Source of the DNA: Parcubacteria group bacterium
GTDB taxonomy: Bacteria > Patescibacteriota > Minisyncoccia > Phycocordibacterales > DATDWN01
Length of the DNA: 64,000 bases
Assembly: GCA_039740895.1 (NCBI GenBank)
Contig: JBCLGS010000002.1
Location: forward strand, 258 to 64,257
Reading direction: 5' to 3'
Both the position numbers and the translations under genes were made by a program. Numbering within the stretch: position 1 is the stretch's first letter; each line of letters starts with the position of its first letter. The notes below the pieces were generated by a model. It had not been told where the DNA came from and ran no database searches. It saw only the letters and a list, made by a program, of their open reading frames with translations. This document shows, one piece after another, positions 63,697 through 64,000 of this stretch.

Positions 63697-64000
63697 TCAC
63701 TGATTCGTGTATATCATCTTCATAATCGGCAATTGAACTCCACTACTTTGCATTTTTTCTTCAGCTTGGTATCTTTCTCCCGTATCAACGAATCCTAATT
63801 TAGTATAAAAATCTATTGATTTTGTATGCTGTACTGGTTCGGTAAAAATCGTTTTATTAGATGGTAAAAATTTAAGTACTTCTTGCCACAGATTTGTGCC
63901 CACTCCTTTTCCTGTATATTCGGGATGTACATACATGCTCATCAATTCAATATCATCCGCATGAATTTTTAAACGAATAAAACCGACCACTTTTTCCTCA
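63697..64000 (-). CDS. GNAT-family N-acetyltransferase, C-terminal part (N-terminus beyond window end)
   Basis: Acetyl-CoA binding motif A (MYVHPEYTGKGVGTNL) within the last ~100 aa; ORF is open to the window edge. Confidence 0.55.
   Translation of the reverse strand, partial: EEKVVGFIRLKIHADDIELMSMYVHPEYTGKGVGTNLWQEVLKFLPSNKTIFTEPVQHTKSIDFYTKLGFVDTGERYQAEEKMQSSGVQLPIMKMIYTNQ

Overview
This 64 kb window is low-GC (roughly 35-40%), compactly coded bacterial chromosome read with the standard code (RF2 is present and ORFs are intact). The gene content (archaeal-type SAM synthetase, many short hypothetical proteins, short ribosomal proteins) fits a CPR/Patescibacteria-like organism, but that placement is an inference. 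Housekeeping genes found: rpoC (5-prime part), rpoB, lexA, a Pif1-like helicase, trmD, a KH protein, rpsP, rnr, smc, rnc, nusB, rpmF, rnhB, dnaE, thrS, gyrB, pheS, a DEAD-box helicase, pyrG, ftsX-ftsE-prfB, two tRNA-Thr, tRNA-Gln, rpmA, rplI, ctpA, cysS, dnaB and recR. Accessory content: four toxin-antitoxin-like loci (MazF-like next to lexA, Phd/RelE, DUF4258/DUF2283, HicB-like); a 459-bp exact direct duplication that creates a truncated helicase pseudogene; higher-GC blocks likely acquired horizontally (M16 peptidase block, delta-9 desaturase); a GxxExxY nuclease-like gene flanked by inverted TACGAAT repeats; and several families of short palindromic/hairpin repeats (some inserted in-frame in smc, rnhB, recR, rpsP; others intergenic with compensatory covariation). 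The most striking locus is at 46981-49655: a single ORF fusing a complete LexA repressor (wHTH, Ala-Gly cleavage site, Ser/Lys S24 peptidase dyad) to a complete C5 cytosine DNA methyltransferase, convergent with a putative restriction endonuclease, next to tRNA-Gln and a 21-bp partial tRNA duplicate. This looks like an SOS-coupled restriction-modification module. No rRNA, CRISPR array or transposase was seen.
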